Source: Squalus acanthias
Lineage: Eukaryota
Assembly (NCBI GenBank): GCA_030390025.1
Contig: CM059432.1
Coordinates: 114,702,001-114,766,000 of the forward strand
Length of the DNA stretch: 64,000 nucleotides
Direction: 5' to 3'
Part shown: piece after piece, positions 49,307 to 61,548 of the stretch
Layout: the number at the start of each line of letters is the position of its first letter
Position numbering within the stretch: position 1 is the stretch's first letter
Position numbers and translations under genes: made by a program
Notes under the pieces: generated by a model
Seen by the model: only the letters and a program-made list of their open reading frames with translations
Database searches by the model: none
Told to the model about the DNA's origin: nothing

Positions 49307-52300
49307 ACATAGGAACAGGATTAGGCCATTCAGCCCCTCGAGCCTGTTGCACCATTCAATTAGATCATGGCTGACCTAACAATCTCAGTTTTAAAATTTT
49401 CAATTGACCTAGCCTCAACAGCTTTTTGGGGGGGGGGAAGAGTTCCAGATTTCCACTATCCTTTGTGTGAAGAAGTGCTTCATGACATCAACCCTGAATG
49501 GTCTGGCTCTAATTTTAAGGTTACCCTTGTTTTGGACTCCCCCACCAAAGGAAATGGGTTCTCTCTATCTATCCTATCAAATCCTTTAATCATCTTAAAC
49601 ACCTCAATCAGATCACCCCTTAATCTTCTATACTTGAGTCCATGCAACCTTTCCTAATCACTTAATATTTTTAGCCCCGGTATCATTCTGGCGAATCTGC
49701 GCTGCATCCCCTCCAAGGCAAATATATCCTTCCTGAGGTGCTGTGCCAAGAACTGAATGCAGTACTCCGGATGCGGTCTAGCCAGAGTTTTATACAACTG
49801 TAGCATAACTTCCATCCCTTTGTATTCCAGCCCTCTTGAGATGAAGGCTAACATTTGATTAGCCTTTTAAATTATTCTTTGTACCTGTCAACTAGTTTTA
49901 AGTGTACTTGGACCCCTAAATCTCTCTTCTCCACTGTTCCTAGCTTCTCACCATTTAGAAAATACACTGATCTATCTTTCTAAGGTCCAAAGTGAATGAC
50001 CTCGCATTTCCCTACTTTGATCTCCATCTGCCAGTTTTGTCCACTCAATTAATCTGTCAATGTTCCTTTGCAACTTTCTGCTCCCACCTATACTATTTAC
50101 TGTGACACCTCACTTGGATACACGGCTCTCTATTTCTTCATCTAAGTCATTTATAAATATAGTGAAGAGAGGGCGTATAAAATAGCCAAAAAAAGCGCCA
50201 GAGCGGAAGATTGGGAACAGTTTAAGATAGAGCAAAGGAGGACAAAGGGCTTAATCAAGAGGGGCAAAATAGCTTACGAAAGCAAGCTGGCGGAAAATAT
50301 AAAAACTAACTCCAAAAGCTTTTATAAGTATATCAAGAGGAAAAGACTGGTGAAAACCAAAGTTGGCCCATTGCAGTCAGATACGGGGGAATATATAACG
50401 GGAAATAAAGAAATGGCAGACCAACTAAATGCATACTTTGGGTCAGTCTTTACGAAGGAAGACACAAAAAACCTCCCTGGGATATCGGGAAAAATAGGGA
50501 CATTTGCAAAGGAGGAACTGACGCAAGTCAATATCTCTAAGGATATGGTGTTAAGGAAGCTAAAGGGATTGAAGGCGGACAAATCCCCAGGGCCTGATAA
50601 CATGCATCCTAGGGTGCTGAAGGAGGTGGCCCTAGAGATAGCGGATGCACTAAGTATGATTTTTCAGAATTCATTAGACTCGGGAACAGTGCCCATGGAT
50701 TGGAGGGTAGCTAACGTTACCCCACTATTCAAAAAGGGGGGTAGGGAAAAAGCAGGTAATTACAGACCTGTAAGCCTTACATCAGTTGTGGGCAAAATGC
50801 TGGAGTCCATCATTAAGGATGAAATAGCGGAGCACTTAGCAAATGGGGACAGGATAGGACAGAGTCAACATGGATTTACAAAGGGTAAATCGTGCTTGAC
50901 TAATCTATTGGAATTTTTTGAGGGAGTAACTGGTAAAATAGATGGGGGAGAGCCAGTAGATGTGGTGTACCTGGACTTCCAAAAGGCCTTCGATAAGGTC
51001 CCACATAAAAGATTAGCAGGGAAAATTGAAGCTCATGGGATAAAGGGGAAAGTATTGACGTGGATAGAGAACTGGCTGTCAGATAGAAAACAGAGAGTTG
51101 GAATAAACGGCTCATTTTCTGAATGGCAGGCAGTAACAAGTGGGGTACCACAGGGATCTGTCCTGGGTCCCCAGCTGTTCACAATTTACATTAATGACCT
51201 GGATCAGGGAGTCGGATGCAGCATTTCCAAATTTGCAGACGACACTAAACTAGGAGGGGGGGTGGGCTCAGAGGAGGAGACCAGGAAGCTCCAGAGCGAT
51301 TTGGACAGACTGGGTGATTGGGCGGATAAATGGCAGATGCACTATAATGTGGACAAGTGCGAAGTTATCCACCTTGGGTGCAGGAACGGGAGGGCAAATT
51401 ATTATTTAAATGGCAATAAATTGGGAGAGGGGGAAGTACAGAGAGACCTGGGTGTTCTTGTACACCAGTCACTGAAGGCGAGCATGCAGGTGCAACAGGC
51501 GATCAAGAAGGCAAACGGTATGCTGGCCTTCATAGCAAAAGGGTTGGAATACAGGAACAGGGATACCTTGCTGCAGCTGTACAGGGCACTGGTGAGACCA
51601 CACCTCGAGTACTGTGTACAGTTTTGGTCGCCTCATCTGAGGAAAGATGTTCTTGCCATGGAGGGGGTGCAGCGGCGATTCACCAGGCTGATACCAGGAA
51701 TGGCGGGATTGACCTATGAGGAGAGACTATGTAGTTTAGGGATGTACACACTGGAGTTTAGAAGATTGAGAGGGGACCTCATAGAAGTGTATAAAATTCT
51801 GACAGGTCTAGACAGACTAGATGCAGAAGGAATGTTTCCCTTGGCGGGTGAGAACAGAACTAGAGGACATAATTTAAGGATAAGGGCTAAACCATTTAGG
51901 ACAGAAATGAGGGGGAATTTCTTCACTCAGAGGGTGGTGAACCTGTGGAACTCATTGCCACAGAGGGCAGTGTACGCCAGCTCATTAAATATATTTAAGA
52001 GGGAATTAGATATATTTCTACAGGCAAAAGGGGTTAAGGGTTACGGAGAGAAGGCGGGGACGGGATACTGAATTGGAGGATCAGCCATGATCTCATTAAA
52101 TGGCGGAGCAGGCTCGAAGGGCCGGATGGCCTACTCCTGCTCCTATCTTCTATGTATCTATGTATCTATGTGAGGCCCCAATAAGGATCCCTGGGGAACA
52201 CCACTAGTCACATCCTGCCAATTAGAGTACAGACCCATTATCCCTACTCTCTGTTTCCTACCTCCTAAGCAACTCCCTACCCATGTCAAAAGGTTGCCTC

Positions 52301-53345
52301 CATTTCCATGTGCTTCCATTTTTCCTAACAGTCTCTTGTGTGGAACCTTACCAAATGCCTTCTGGAAGTCTACATAAATAATATCCATAAACACTCCATT
52401 ATCGACCATGTTAGTGAGCTTCTCAAAAAATCAACTAGGTTAGTTAGACATGACTTACCCTTTACAAATCCATGCTGGCTTTCTCTGATCAGCTAATATT
52501 TATCCAAGTGCTTAGACACTCTGCCCCTAATAACAGATTCTAGTAACTTCCCCACAACTGACGTTAAACCAATAGGTCTATAATTTCCTAATTTATCTCT
52601 CTTACACTTCTTAAATAATGGAGTGACATTGGCAATTTTCCAATCTAAGGGGACAATTCTTGAATCATGAGAGTTTTAGTAGATCATAACTAAAGCATTT
52701 ACAATTTCCTTACTTACTTATTTTAATACATTGGGATGGAAAACATCAAGTCCTGGAAATTTGTCTACCTTTGGTCTTATTATTTTCTCCATTACCATCT
52801 TTTAATTTATATTAAATCTCGGAAGTTCCTCCCCTTTATTTATTTTTAGTTTTCCTTGTATCTCTGGTACTTTATCCTCTTCCTCTACTGTGAACACTGT
52901 CTGCCATTTCCTTATTTTCAATTACAATATCACCTGCGTCTGTCATTAAGGAGCCCACATTACTCTTGGCCACCCTCTTTCTCTTAATATATTTGTTAAA
53001 AACCTTTAGTGTTGTCCTTGATACCCCTCGCAGGTTTTTTCTTGTATTCCCTTTTTGCAGCTCTTGCTACTTTCTTTGTATCCTTTTTCTGTTCTTTAAA
53101 TCTCTCCCAGTCCTTGGGATCTCCACTATTCTTTGTATTCGTATCAGCCCTTTCTTTTATTTTTACACGATCTCTCACATCTCTTGTTGACCAAAGTTGT
53201 TTAATTACACAAGTGGAGCTCTTGCCCTTTAGGCATCTGTACAGGTCTTGTATTGTACCAAATACGTCTTTGAACACTTCCCACTGTTCGTCTGTAGTTT
53301 TATCCGTTAAGTTCTGCCTCATCCCTTCAAAGTCAGCCATAGACA
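49307..53345 (-). mobile_element. Old CR1 LINE (49307-50163 and 52171-53345) split by a younger CR1
   Basis: Tail at 49307. RT motifs are colinear across the insertion, with GVPQGSLLGP resuming at ~52175. Confidence 0.9.
50164..52170 (+). mobile_element. Young 5'-truncated CR1 with uninterrupted ORF2 segment (RT domain)
   Basis: The frame is open from ~50164 to the stop at 52071 (~635 codons), with intact [14 protein letters not shown] and FADDTK motifs and a (tatctatg)n tail. Confidence 0.96.
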
Positions 53346-56173
53346 CAATAGTAGAAGCATATCTTGTGAGTGTCACAATTGGGGTCCAAACTTCAAAGCA
53401 CAGTAATAGCTGGCTTAAACTCACTTGGGGAATGGTTACAAACAATCATAGAGAGGGATTGACCAGATGACACTCGTGTCAGTGGTAATATTGTGCCATC
53501 ATGCAGCCTTGGACAAGTGCATGCAAGTACTACCTCTGAAAGTAATGGGCCCAAGCAAAGAAGATGCTTAGCAGGTGCATCAGGTCAGTCACAGACAATG
53601 GTAGTGGGCCTTCTACATCCTATGTAGCTTGCCAATTGGCTTATCAGCCATCCAGCATTGTTACCCCATTAGTTAGAGAAGCACTTAGCAGTGGGGCAAA
53701 TACACAAGAAGGCAAGTAGAGCAAATGCTGAAATTCATGACTCAAATAGGATAATCATAATAGGAAAGTGTATGGAACATGTACACCATGTGCACTTAAA
53801 CACTGAATAAAATTAATTCAATTTGGATACATCTTGCAATGTCATTAACCTAACAGCATATATTAAGATCTTAGCAAAAATTATTTTTACTGTTAAGTTC
53901 CTACTTCCTCTACCTCAGAAAATACTTAACTGTTGTGTACTTTAGAAAATGGCATTTATTAAGAATCTAGCAGCCGACAAATTTCTGGCTCTGGACTTTT
54001 TGGTGATTGGGGGAAATTGGGGCACTATTGGGACTGGGGGAGGCTAGCAGGAGTAGAAATTGAGGCAAGACCTGGTTATGCCAGGTCTCCGCCCCATTTG
54101 GGCAGTGCTAGGGGTTTCCTCAGACAAAGGGGAAGGCACTTCTTGCATCTGCCCCCTTTCCACATGATGTCAAAAGATATCAATGGTGGGATGATGCCAC
54201 CCACCAGAATTCCTGTCAGACACGCCTCTACATTTTAGCAGGACCACTGTTAAGTATTTCCATAGTATGAATCAAAGGAATGCCTTAAAAACCCACATAA
54301 AACAAGTGGTATGGGAACCGATAGCACGTGAAACTCAGACCTATGCAACAAAAGAACTTTCCTCACTTAAATATTCCATTAATGATTGTAAAAATAAACA
54401 CAACTACCTTAGCTTAAACATTCCTTCATGACCTTGCACTTTGCTACCTCTACGACCTCTTGTATGTAGAGATCTAGGCCCTGAAATTCCACCGGAGATC
54501 TCCTGATCACCCACCGTAACTTCAGTAGGAAATTGGCAGAATTCCCAGAAAACAGTGTAAATACCCATTTTCCCAGAGGTCCATCAATCACTGGCCAAAG
54601 TTATAGCAGGAAATCAGAACAACGTCTGCATAATTTCCAGGTCACAGGTGTTCAGAGCATATGGAATATATAGAAATTAGTCCAGGAGAGAATTACAATT
54701 TTTCCCATTAGTTTCTTAATCACTGAGCAGGTAGTAGCTGGCAGTAACAGGATTTTCACTGCTCTTCACTCTAAGTGTAAAGGTTGACTGTAATTTATGA
54801 CGTCGTCGCAGTGATTTGTAGCATTGGATATGTAATGTAGACGCTGCTCCATTGCAAGTTCTCTTCCAGTTGGTGACTGCCATCACTGATAGTTACCCTT
54901 TGTGGGAATGGACTCTTGGCTTACAAACTACATGCATTTTGCTGCATTATCAAATGCCCTGGCATATTAGATTGGAGATATCAGCAGAGGACAGCCCCAG
55001 CTTCAGTATTAGACCTCTTGCTTCAGTAAGTGACGCCAGGAAATAGCTGCTGCACACGTGCTGTGGGGCAGAAAGCTCCTCTATTCTATTCACTTCTGTC
55101 TGTGCTGTGAAGGTACTTCTGAATTTTGCCCTTAAGCTAATTTCAGGTCTGTTACTCACTGTCCAATTCTTTCCTTAGCTAATCCTACAGTAGTCACTTT
55201 TCATTGACTTTCGATAGGGCCTTAATAAGGAAAAAGCATTTTTTTTGCTTGCTAATTTTGGTGAACCCATTTTAGGATGTGAGCAATAATTCGCAATGAT
55301 GCGAATGATTTGTTATTGCTTTCACACGGTATTGTACTCTCTTTAAGCGCATCTACTTTGTTGCAAAAATGCATAGAAGAAATTATGGCCCATAATTGGC
55401 ATAAAATATAAAAAAATGGATAATAGCTATTCAACAAAACAAAGCATGTAGAAGAAATAAAAATAGAAAATGCTGGAACACACTGAGCAGGTCAGGCGGC
55501 ATCTGCGGAGAGACAAACAAAGGTATGTGGAGGTTCGTTTCTATAAAATGTGCTTTGCCCATTGTCAATCTTGTGTTTTCCTTAGTAACTTAGGGAGTCC
55601 ATTAAAACTATAGCAAACAAGCGATTAAATAGCAATGTGCAACATTTAATCCCTTTTAAATGTTGTCATTAATAAGTAGTTGTGAAAAGGCAATAAGCTT
55701 AAGCACAGATTACAAAAATAGTCACACACTGGGTGCAACTTCCAATCCATAAACCTTTTCAATCCATCTTGCAGCATCTGTACTAGCAATATCAATGTTG
55801 TCATTAATATAAAGTGAAGGGACTATTTCATAGTAATATCCTGCCACAAAAATGACTTTGTAATACTATATAGTACCAGCCATGTGATTTCATAAACCTT
55901 CAGGTTTCATAGGGCCGATGCTGCAATCCCTGCTAAAAAGCCTCTGAATGAGGCACAAATCACAAAATGATAAACAGGCCTCATGGGTCTCTGTGAGGCT
56001 AGCTTATGGATATCCGTATCATATACTCCCCCTGTGTAGGTTAAGCATTGTGCAGGCAGCCTTTAAAGGTCTGCAGCTCAAAATGGAAGGGATGTGGTCA
56101 TCTAAAGGTATAAAAAATGTTGCAATATTTTTAAAGGCTGAGAGAGACTTTAGATAAGTTTTCTGCCTTTATA

Positions 56174-56828
56174 AACAACAACAACTTGCATTTATATAGC
56201 ACCTTTAACATGGTAAAACATCCCAAGGCACTTCATAGGAGGGTTATCTAACAACATTTGACACTGAAACACATATGGAGAGATTAGGACAGGTGACCAA
56301 AAGCTTGGTCAAAGAGGTAGGTTTTAAGGAGCATCTTAAAGGAGGAAAGAGAGGCAGAGAGGTTTAGGGAGGGAATTCCAGAGCTTAGTGCCTAGGCTGC
56401 TGAAGGCACGGCCACCAATGGTGGAGCGATGAATATCGGGGATGCACAAAAGGACAGAATTGGAGGAACACAGAGATCTCGGAGGGTTGTAGGGATGGAA
56501 AAGGTTATAGAGATAGAGAGGGGCGAGGCCATGGAGGGATTTCAAAACAAGATGAGAAAGTTAAAATTGAGGCATTGCCGGACCAGGAGCCAATGTAGGT
56601 CAGCATGCATAGGGGTGATGGGTGAACGGGACTTGGTGCGAGTTAGGATGAGCTTTGGATGAGCACAAGTTGACGAAGGGTGCAAGATGGGAGGCCAACT
56701 ACTAGAGCATTGGAATAGTCGAGTCTAGAGGTAACAAAGCATGGATGAGGGTTTCAGCAGCAGATTAGCTGAGGCAGGGGCAGAGACGGATGATGTTACA
56801 GAGGTGGAAGAAGGCGGTCTTGGTGACA
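56174..56828 (-). mobile_element. L2 LINE 3' part
   Basis: (aac)n tail at 56174 and KSLHGLAPLYL...GGRAFSSLGTKLWNSLP. Confidence 0.85.
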
Positions 56829-57960
56829 GAATCATAGAATAATACAGCACAGAAAGAGGACATTCAGCCCATTATGCCTTGAGCCATCCAATTAGTTCCA
56901 CTCACCTGCTCTTTCCCCATAGCCCTGTAATATTGTTCCCTTCAAGTATTTATCCAATTGTCTTTTGAATGTTACTATTGAATCAGCTTTTACTATCCTT
57001 TCAGGCAGTGCATTCCAGATCACAACACTCACTGTGCAAAAAACATTTCCTCATGTCACCTCTGGTTCCTTTGTCGATCACCTTAAATCTGTGTCCTCTG
57101 GTTACCGACCATTCTGGCACTGGAAACAGTTTCTCCTTATTTACCTCTATCAAATCTCCTCTTAAACTTCTTTGCTCCAAGCAGAACAACCCCAGCTTCT
57201 CCAGTCTATCTACAAAACTGAAGTCCCTCATCCCTGGTACCATTCCAGTAAATCTCCTCTGCACCCTCTACAAAGCCTTGACATCCTTCCTAAAGTGTGG
57301 TGCCCAGAATTGAACACAGTACACTAGCTGAGGCCGAACCAGTGTTTTATAAAGGTTTAGCAGAACTTCCTTGCTTTTATACTCTATGCCTCTATTAATA
57401 AAGCCAAGGAGCCCAAATGCTTTATAAACAGCCTTCTCAACTTGTCCTGCCACCTTCAAAGATTTGTGCGCATATACCCACAGGTCTCTTTGTTCCTGCA
57501 CCCCCTTTAACATTATATAATTTAGTTTATATTGCCTCTCCTCATTCTTCCTAACAAAATGCATCACTTCATACTTCTCTCTGTTAAATTTCATCTGCCA
57601 TGTGTCTGCCCATTGCACCGGTCTGTCTGTGTGCTCCTGAAGTTTGTTACAATCCTCCTCACGGTTTACTAAATTTCTGAGCTTCGTGTCATCTGCAAAC
57701 TTTGAACTTATGCCCTGTATACCCAAGTCCAGGTCATTAATATACATCAAGAGCAGTGGAACACCACTGTATACCTCCCTCCAGTCTGAAAAGGTACCAT
57801 TCTCTACTCTCTGCTTTCTGTCCTTCAGCCAATTTTGTATCCAAGCTGCCACTGTCCCTTTAATCCCATGGGTTTTAATTTGGCTAACAAATGTATTATG
57901 TGGTATTTTGTCAAACGACTTTTGAAAGTCCATATGCACAACATCAACCACACTACCCTC
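56829..57960 (-). mobile_element. CR1 LINE 3' part
   Basis: ORF 57268..57951 contains DFQKSFDK and FADDTK, with the gaatcatagaat tail at ~56829. Confidence 0.9.
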
Positions 57961-59069
57961 ATCACTCCTGAGAAGACATTAAAAAGTGATTGCAGATATG
58001 ATCTGGTGATGTTGAACTTCCGAGCATGCCTTCTTCCCTGCTCTACCATTTCAAACCTGAACTACTGTATCTGATGTGCTTTAAAACAGATTTGCATTAA
58101 GGAGAAAAACAAAATGACCCTCAAAATATTTTTTCAAAAATAAATTTAAAAACATGCTGGAAATATGGCAACAGTCCCTAATACAAACAAGACAGTGTAA
58201 AAAGGTACAGTAAACACCACAAAACAGCATCTAAAGCTTGTGCCACCTTCAGCTCCTTCACCCTAAAAAAGCCTTCAAGCTAAAAAAGCTTTTTAGCTTT
58301 CCTTCTTCCCGTTCCAATTGGGCGATCAGTGTAAAAAGAGCATGTTACAGAACTGTGCTTGATGTTCATTTAAATATTCTGCATCAAATCTGGGGCCTCG
58401 TGAGACCAAAGCTCGAAATCTGCACAAGGACTTCAGCTCGCAAATGGGGTGATTCCACAATCTGGTGCTTCTAACAGAACGGTACTCGCAAGGAGCAGTA
58501 GAATTAGCCCTTAAATTTAGGTCACAAAATTTCAGCCCAATAGGGAATTGTCACAGCCGGGCCTGCTCTCCGAATTCTATGTTCCCACTCTGCAGTTTGT
58601 AAACCCACTTTCCTGGTGCACAGAAGCACAGAAGCAGTCCTCATTTTACTACTCATTGCAATTTCATTGATTCTCTCTCTTCATCACTCATCCATAACAA
58701 AATAAAACATGCCTTAAATGACGCATAGTATAGGGTGAAAATATTAAATCACTATAAAAATGCTGGTGCCCCGATGGTTTACAGCACCGAGTCATTGGGC
58801 CAAATTTTAATGGGGAAGGTGGGTTGGATCCAAGGCGGTTGCGAAACCCGGGCGAACGGGTTTCCCGCAGGCCCTGCCGAATTTAATGGGAAGGGGAAGC
58901 CTCTGTTTCCCACCCGCAGCCAGCCAGATGGAGAGGCTGGCTGGCTGGCTCAGGCGGGTAGGCCTGCGGCAGTAGGAGGGGGATCGTGTGGGGACCGGGG
59001 TCGGCCGGCGGAGTGGGAGAAGGTGTATTAGTGATCGCGGGCTGGGACCAGCAAGGGGCGGGGGACCGA

Positions 59070-59384
59070 AGAAGCTTCCAAGTGGCCAAGGTGTTCTGGG
59101 AAAACACGGACCAGATCAACTGCTTCAACTTCTCGCCCAATGGGGAGACGCTCATCTTCAGCAGCGACGACGACGCCATCATCCTGTACAACTGCCAGGA
59201 GGGGAAACCAAAGAGCACACTGTACAGTAAGAAGTATGGGATAGACCTGATCAGATACACACACGTATCAAGTACTGTGGTTTAAAGCTCTAACAAGATC
59301 AATGATACTATCCAGTACTTGTTACTTTACTACAACAAGTACATTAGATACTTCCATGGTCACAGCAAGAGAGTTATAGCATTA
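59070..59384 (+). pseudogene. WDR82: WDR82 processed-pseudogene fragment (about residues 9-113)
   Basis: [104 protein letters not shown] is colinear with the WDR82/Swd2 N-terminus. No introns, a Tyr-to-stop change at 59283 and no start codon. Confidence 0.92.
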
Positions 59385-61548
59385 CATAAGAACATAAGTA
59401 CATATGAACATAAGAATTAGGAGCAGGAGTAGGCCATACGGCCCCTCGAGCCTGCTCCACCATTCAATAAGATCATGGCTGATCTTCAACCGCAATTCCA
59501 CTTTCCTGCTCTATCCCCATATCCCTTGATTCCACTGGAGTCCAAAAATCTATCTACGTCAGCCTTGAATATACTCAACGACAGCATCCACAGCACTTTG
59601 GGGCAGAGAATTCCAAAGATTCATAACCCTATGAGTGAAGAAATTCCTCCTCATCTCAGACCAAAAAGGCCAGCCCACTATCCTGAGACTATGTTTCCTA
59701 GTTCTAGACTCTCCAACCAGGGGAAACAATCGGTCAGCATTTATCCTGTCAATCCCCCTCAGAATCTTATATGTTTCAATGAGATCACCTCTCATTCTTC
59801 TACACTCCAGAGAGTATAGGCCCAATCTACTCAATCTCTCCTCATAGGACAACCCTCTCATCCCAGGAATCAATCTAGTGAACGTTCCCTGCACCAGCTC
59901 TAAAGCATGTATATCCCTCCTTAAATAAGGAGACCAAAACTGTGCACAATACTCCAGGTGTGGTCTCACCAGAGCCCTGTACAATTGTAACAAGACTTCC
60001 TTAATTTTGTACTCCAACCCTCTAGCAATAAAGGCCAACATGCCATTTGCCTTCCTAATTGCTTGCTGTACCTGCATGCTAACTCTCTGGGCTGGATTTT
60101 GATACTGGGGCGGGTTGGGGTCGTGTCATCCGCATTTCGTGTTATCCACCCGCCTGCAATTGGATGTGGGAGATTGATGCAATTTTCACTTAATTGGGCA
60201 ATTGAGTTCCAGCATGTGGGAACCCATGAACCAATTAGTGGTTTCAGTTTGAAAGTCGCCTCTGATGATGTCATCATGAGAGAGATAATTTTTTTTGCAA
60301 CCAAGTCCTCCCAGGCAGTCTCTGAAGACATTCAATGCAGCAGCATCAGAGGCGACTTTCAGACCTAATACTACTACTACCTTCATCACAATACTACTAC
60401 TACCTTCATCACATCTCCGTTGTAATAGTGGACCTGCAGCTGATAGTCACTTGTGCTCCCGCCAGGTTTCACTGGCGTGTTTCACATCAGGCGTACTTCA
60501 CGTCGGAAAAGGGTTAAACTAGCTAAAACGTTTCAAAATGGCATTACAGAGCCAATTTAGGGCTTGTTAAGGGCTTTAATGGCCTCTCCCGCCTCTTGGA
60601 GGCGGGACGGAGTCGGGAACCCCGCGACCGATTTTGTCAAAATTGCGTGGAGGCGGAATGGAGTCGGGATGGGGTCGGGACCCCCGAATCTGCAACTTTA
60701 ACCCCCCACACGCCTCCAAACCCGACTCCACGGGTCATTGAAAATCCAGCCCTCTGTGTTTCCTGTACGAGGACACCTAAATCTCTCTGAACACCAACAT
60801 TTAATAATTTCTCACCATTTAAAAAATATTCTGTTTTCTATTCTTCCTACCAAAGAGAATAACCTCTCATTTCCCCACATTATACTCCATCTGCCACCTT
60901 ATTGCCCACTCACTTAACCTGTCTATAACCCTTTGCAGGCTCTTTGCATCCTCCTCACATCTTACTTTTCCACCTAGCTTTGTATCTTCAGCAAATTTGG
61001 ATACATTGCACTCGTTCCCTTCATCTAAGTCATTAATATAGATTGTAAATAGCTGAGGCCCAAGCACTGATCCTTGTGGCACCCCACTAGTTACAGCCCA
61101 CCAATCTGAAAATGACCTGTTGATTCCTACTCTCTGTTTTCTGTCCATTAATCAATCCCCTATCCATGCCAATATATTACCCCCAACCCCTTGAGCCCTT
61201 ATCTTGCTTGACAACCTTTTATATGGCACCTTATCAAATGCCTTTTGGAAATCCAAATATACTACATCCACTGGTTCCCCTTTATTCACCCTGCTAGTTA
61301 CATCCTCAAAAAACTGTAATATATTTGTCAAACACGATTTACCTTGCATAAAACTATGTTGACTCTGCCTAATTGTATTATGATTTTCTAAGTGCCCTGT
61401 TACCACTTCCTTAATAATGGATTTCAGCATTTTCCCGATGACTGATGTCAGGCTAACTGGCCTGTAGTTCCCTGTTTTTTCTCTCCCTCCTTTTTTGAAT
61501 AGCAAGGTTACATTTGCTACCTTCCAATCGGCTGGGACCGTTCCTGAA
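59385..61548 (-). mobile_element. 5'-truncated CR1 LINE with a nested MITE
   Basis: (cataagaa)n tail at 59385, with RT motifs in ORFs 59559, 60867 and 61152. Confidence 0.93.
60089..60752. mobile_element. Harbinger-like MITE inserted in CR1
   Basis: Perfect TIR GGGCTGGATTTT / AAAATCCAGCCC and TCT TSD. The CR1 is continuous across it. Confidence 0.9.

Noticed and set aside
50350..52071. 573-aa ORF as a host gene or a novel reverse-transcriptase system
   Set aside because: It is ordinary CR1 ORF2, 5'-truncated with a CR1 tail. The annotated start is an internal GTG.
58986..59285. Functional WDR82 gene or exon
   Set aside because: No start codon, an in-frame stop, many substitutions, no splice sites, and embedded in repeats.
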